In this document: positions 61,481 through 64,000 of the stretch, piece by piece
Layout: each line of letters opens with the position of its first letter
How positions within the stretch are numbered: the first letter of the stretch is position 1
Source of the DNA: Phyllosticta citribraziliensis
Lineage: Eukaryota
Assembly: GCF_038025025.1 (NCBI RefSeq)
Contig: NW_027117340.1
Coordinates: 248,001 to 312,000, forward strand
Direction of reading: 5' to 3'
Length of the DNA: 64,000 nucleotides
The notes under the pieces: generated by a model
Told to the model about the DNA's origin: nothing
The model's database searches: none
Seen by the model: the letters and a program-made list of their open reading frames with translations, nothing else
Program-made: the position numbers and the translations under genes

Positions 61481-63756
61481 TGAACTGGGTAGACAAAACA
61501 GCCAAGGAGCGTTGTGGTCGGAGTGAAATAAAAATTAGTACGACACAAAGCAACGACGATGAAGGAGTGACTGTCTGCACACGCAAAACAGGAGAGACGA
61601 GGCCAGCTCCACCCCATAAAAACATTTTGCTCTGTGCAGCAACAAGTACAGAGCAATCGTAATTAGCGAAGCGGTCAGGATCCAGGGACTTTAGCCGCAC
61701 TGCACTAACAAGGATATGGTAGGTGATGCGGATTAGAGCGGCCGCTAAACTTTATTTCGCGCCGGCAGATCTTCTCGCGCAATATGTGGCCTGAGTCGAG
61801 CCTCATCGAGCTGCCTTAGGCGCTCAGTCCCTTAAACAACATGCTGGGGCTGTGGTTATCCCCGACTGTTAGACTGCCTGGTCCGGTGGTTGATGTGGTG
61901 TGCAATTGATGTACGCTGGTTCGCTTTAGCCCGATACGCTTGATCATATGCTTAATACGCCGCTCTAACAGTATGCAGGCTAAAGGACGGAGCATAGAAA
62001 TCTTGTGGCAGTCGACGCTGTCTTCTTACTGAATCGGGACAGTCGCAGACCGGAATCGAGCATTTCCCTCGTGAAAGATCTCGAGGTGTAGGACGCCACC
62101 TATTTCGGGCCATCTTGGCGCTCCATATACTGCAAACACATGGTAATTTGATCCACGAGTCGCTTTTTTTGGCGATCGAGAGAGGTACAGGATCATGCAT
62201 CGTTCGGAACCAGGGGACTGCCTTTTACAGATTAGAGTAGCTGCTGTACCCAAGACGGCGGCGCCGGGTTCCACATGGAGACACATGGTGATCTGCGCTG
62301 CTTTGGCTGCCGGGCTGCTGCTGGTGCATAAGAATCGTCTCCGCGACCATCCCGGTAGAGAGGCTGTACAGTGCAACAGCTGGTTCTGAAGATTGGAGCT
62401 TCCGAATACGAAGTAGCCTTTGCTGTCCGTGAGCATTCTTGCTTTGAACGAACCAGCTAACAATCCAAACGAAAGCGCGGTTGCTGGACATTGGTGTTTT
62501 GCGCTAGCTTCGCAACGAAAGGTCCTCCTATTCCCACTTTATCTCAGTAGCTTTCCAAGTCTGTTCGATGCATTTGTCTTTCTTCACCCGAAATGGATCG
62601 GAAAGCCCGATCGTTGCCAAACTGGCCCGTGGTCCCAGGTATTCCTGTCGTTCGGAGCGTTGGTATCCAACGGCGACCATGTGAAAAAGGTTGTACCGTT
62701 GCCGAAAACATGAAATTCGGAAATCCTGAAGCTCGCGATGTTTGAAGAACACCGTTATCAATCTTTTAGTCTGGTGCTGATTGAAAACCTCAGGTCGAAG
62801 CGGTTCTCGAGATCCACTGGTTGGCCAGGGCGCCTGCACGGTTCGCACATAAATGGGAAGGTTCCAAGCTACGGGCACTCGACAAGGGTCTTGGATCTCT
62901 ATTCCTTTGACGCGCATCCATTTCTACGGTACGCCTGCCACTCAGACTGCACCATCGGTGCTCTTTGACGTCCGACTTTTGTGCCGCCATAAAGTCGCAA
63001 CGTCGGGACGCAGCATTGATTCGGACATTCGGAACTCGTCGCTTGGAGTAGTGCGTGAAAGTCGCGGCAACGACTAGTGTCAACGTCAGGAACGAGGGTG
63101 TCTCGGTGTCCCAGTCGTGGCAGCGGGCACGGATATGACAAGGGCCCCCAGGCTGTTTTGTGGGATGGAATCAGGAACATTTGTCTCCTAAAAAATGACT
63201 ACGTGTAGTGCTTGAATCTCTTGGAACTACGGGCTCGAGAGTAGAGAGCTACCACACATGTCGCTGGCTAGAACGTTCAGATCTAAAGCGGTTGAGTGCC
63301 TCTGAGTTGGATTGATATCGTTTTACGGCGTCTAACGGAGTTGGAGGGAGGAGTCTAGTCCGGCCTTTAACAGTCGAATTGAGCAATGAATATATGCAGC
63401 AACAGAGGTGTCCAGTTGCGTGAGGCGGTTTCAGGCGGATCCGATGCAATCCGCACCCCGTCCCGGATGATCCAAACCACGAGCACCCAATCTGTTCTCT
63501 TTGTGGCCCACAGACAATGAGCTTAGTTGCGCAAAGCATTCATGTGGTTTTGTGTTTCGATCGTCCACATGTAGAATACTGAGTGAAGCTTGATCTCGAG
63601 AATGCTTTGAATTCACGTGCGCCCGTGGATACAGCGGGGGAGCTGAAGCGGCTTAGGCATAGCCAAGTCTGCCCCGTATGGCGGGGACGCAAGTAGCCGT
63701 GTTTCGTTTGGCTTCCGCTGTAGAGGGCTGGAAACACCTTCTTCAACTTGAACAAC

Positions 63757-64000
63757 ATGGCGACAAAGTACCCGTCGCCCGAGGAAATCAAAGCCATTTT
63801 CAAGCCCATGGAAGAGGGTGAGGCTGAAAAGGTGTTTGAGAGAGTCCATCCGCATGTCGACTGGACTGTCATGGGTACACCAGACACTTTGCGGAGCTTG
63901 TTCTGTTAGATGGCTGACCGAATGCGATCAAGGTACTCATCCCATTGCTGGGCGATACACGAGCCTGGAAGATTTCTTGAACAGCACGTTGAAGCGTTTG
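63757..64000 (+). CDS. SnoaL/NTF2-like (ketosteroid-isomerase-like) protein, 3'-truncated; intron 63875-63932
   Basis: MATKYPSPEEIKAIFKPMEEGEAEKVFERVHPHVDWTVMG|THPIAGRYTSLEDFLNSTLKRL. The DWTVMGTHP.AG.Y pattern is typical of fungal SnoaL-like proteins. Not in the ORF track. Confidence 0.75.

Noticed and set aside
61950..63550. Short ORFs between the esterase and SnoaL genes
   Set aside because: No consistent frame, splice model or domain. A decayed gene cannot be excluded without a homology search.
1..64000. Transposons, RIP-mutated AT-rich blocks, CRISPR arrays, rRNA, stop-readthrough PTS1 extensions
   Set aside because: No transposase/RT ORFs, terminal repeats, AT-rich blocks or spaced repeats were seen. 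No annotated stop has the TGA-CTA readthrough context.

Overview
Eukaryotic genomic DNA from a filamentous ascomycete (Pezizomycotina; Dothideomycete-like by inference). It is GC-rich and gene-dense, with short GT/GC-AG introns and microsatellite-rich intergenic DNA. Recognisable genes: PRP16 (5'-truncated), a PTC7-type PP2C phosphatase, KEL3, proline iminopeptidase, BCK1 MAPKKK, MON1, NUP159, PUP1, a GTPBP1/2-like GTPase, a fungal C2H2 transcription factor, cystathionine gamma-synthase, UTP22, a secreted type-B carboxylesterase and a 3'-truncated SnoaL/NTF2-like gene. A U5 snRNA gene lies at about 39765-39872. The two most interesting unexplained objects are (i) a ~285-nt, heavily base-paired minus-strand element at 26452-26737 with Pol III-type A/B boxes, a cUUCGg hairpin and a T6 end, which I could not assign to a known ncRNA family, and (ii) a 4-exon orphan gene at 28469-33018 whose spliced N-terminus hides tandem zinc knuckles, followed by SIM-like motifs and three families of internal acidic repeats. 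No transposon ORF, CRISPR array, rRNA or convincing tRNA was seen. All gene models and RNA folds were derived by eye and not computed.
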